A stretch of DNA of 64,000 nucleotides from Balanoglossus misakiensis (Eukaryota > Animalia > Hemichordata): NCBI GenBank assembly GCA_040954595.2, contig CM082580.2:14088389-14152388 (forward strand), written 5' to 3'. Below the pieces are notes generated by a model that saw only the letters and a list, made by a program, of their open reading frames with translations, searched no databases and was not told where the DNA came from. This document shows positions 63,301 to 64,000 of the stretch, piece after piece. Position 1 is the first letter of the stretch. The number at the start of each line of letters is the position of its first letter. The position numbers and the translations under genes are program-made.

Positions 63301-64000
63301 ATATGAGAACAACTCTCTCAATAGGAAAGAAAGTGTTGCCTATATAAAAGAGGCATTATTCAGTGTTTCTTGTGTCTACTATTATAAAATTTGGTTAATT
63401 CATAAATCTCTAACAAGTGGTCACATATGGCAGAAGTGGAGAATATGTGTTCTTCTGGAATTCTTAAATTTTGTCTGATTTAGCTTAAATAAATTTCTCT
63501 CATCATACATTGATATGTCTAACAATTCTAAACTTAACTGTACATGGATAGAGCAGATTGGCCATTGCGCTTCCAGAGACATTGTTTAATTTATGGCGGC
63601 TATGCCAAATGTCAAGTGTATTGTAAGTGTCTTGGCTAAATATCAACTCATAAATTTTACATTCATTCCAGACGCAATTCAGCATTGCAAGATTCTTTGT
63701 CATTCTCTCTCTTCATGAGTGAAGAGACAGACAGACATAAAAAACTTCACAATACTAGTATTACCGTAATTAAAGAGACTTAGAAAGAAGTGAGTAGTTT
63801 TCATCCAGACACTGACACAATGTCAAAACCCTACCATGGGGACAGGCAGAGTCAATAGTCTTTTGTGTTGTTTGATTTCTACAAACTTTTCAAAAGTTCC
63901 CATCAAGTGAGTTTTCCAAATTAGTCTATCTTTAAACATGTTTTGACAGGAATATTGAAATTCTTGCTAGGGCTTTTTGTGAGGTTCTGATATCAGTACC

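Overview
Eukaryotic (invertebrate deuterostome-like, most plausibly hemichordate; inferred from cadherin architecture) genomic DNA in two halves. (1) Positions 1 to ~32266 are one AT-rich 87-bp satellite (~370 monomers). It switches orientation abruptly at ~18140 (about 208 monomers left, open at the window edge; about 162 right), shows higher-order duplications, and ends in diverged monomers. All long ORFs there are satellite artefacts. (2) Positions ~33333-60339 hold two tandem minus-strand non-chordate-type classical cadherin genes with matching exon phases: pro-region with furin site, 6 mature EC repeats, NC domain, EGF-LamG-EGF-LamG-EGF, TM, and a p120/beta-catenin-binding tail. Gene A (45554->33333, 21 exons, ~1734 aa by manual splicing) is complete; gene B lacks its first exon in this window. 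The paralogs are strongly diverged in the distal EC repeats but near-identical at DNA level in patches of the EC5-NC-LamG region (gene-conversion signature), and B carries an extra 66-nt in-frame candidate cassette exon. Two small MITE-like elements and several microsatellites are also present. No entirely new gene system is evident; the best candidates for novelty are the mosaic cadherin pair and the giant inverted satellite next to it.
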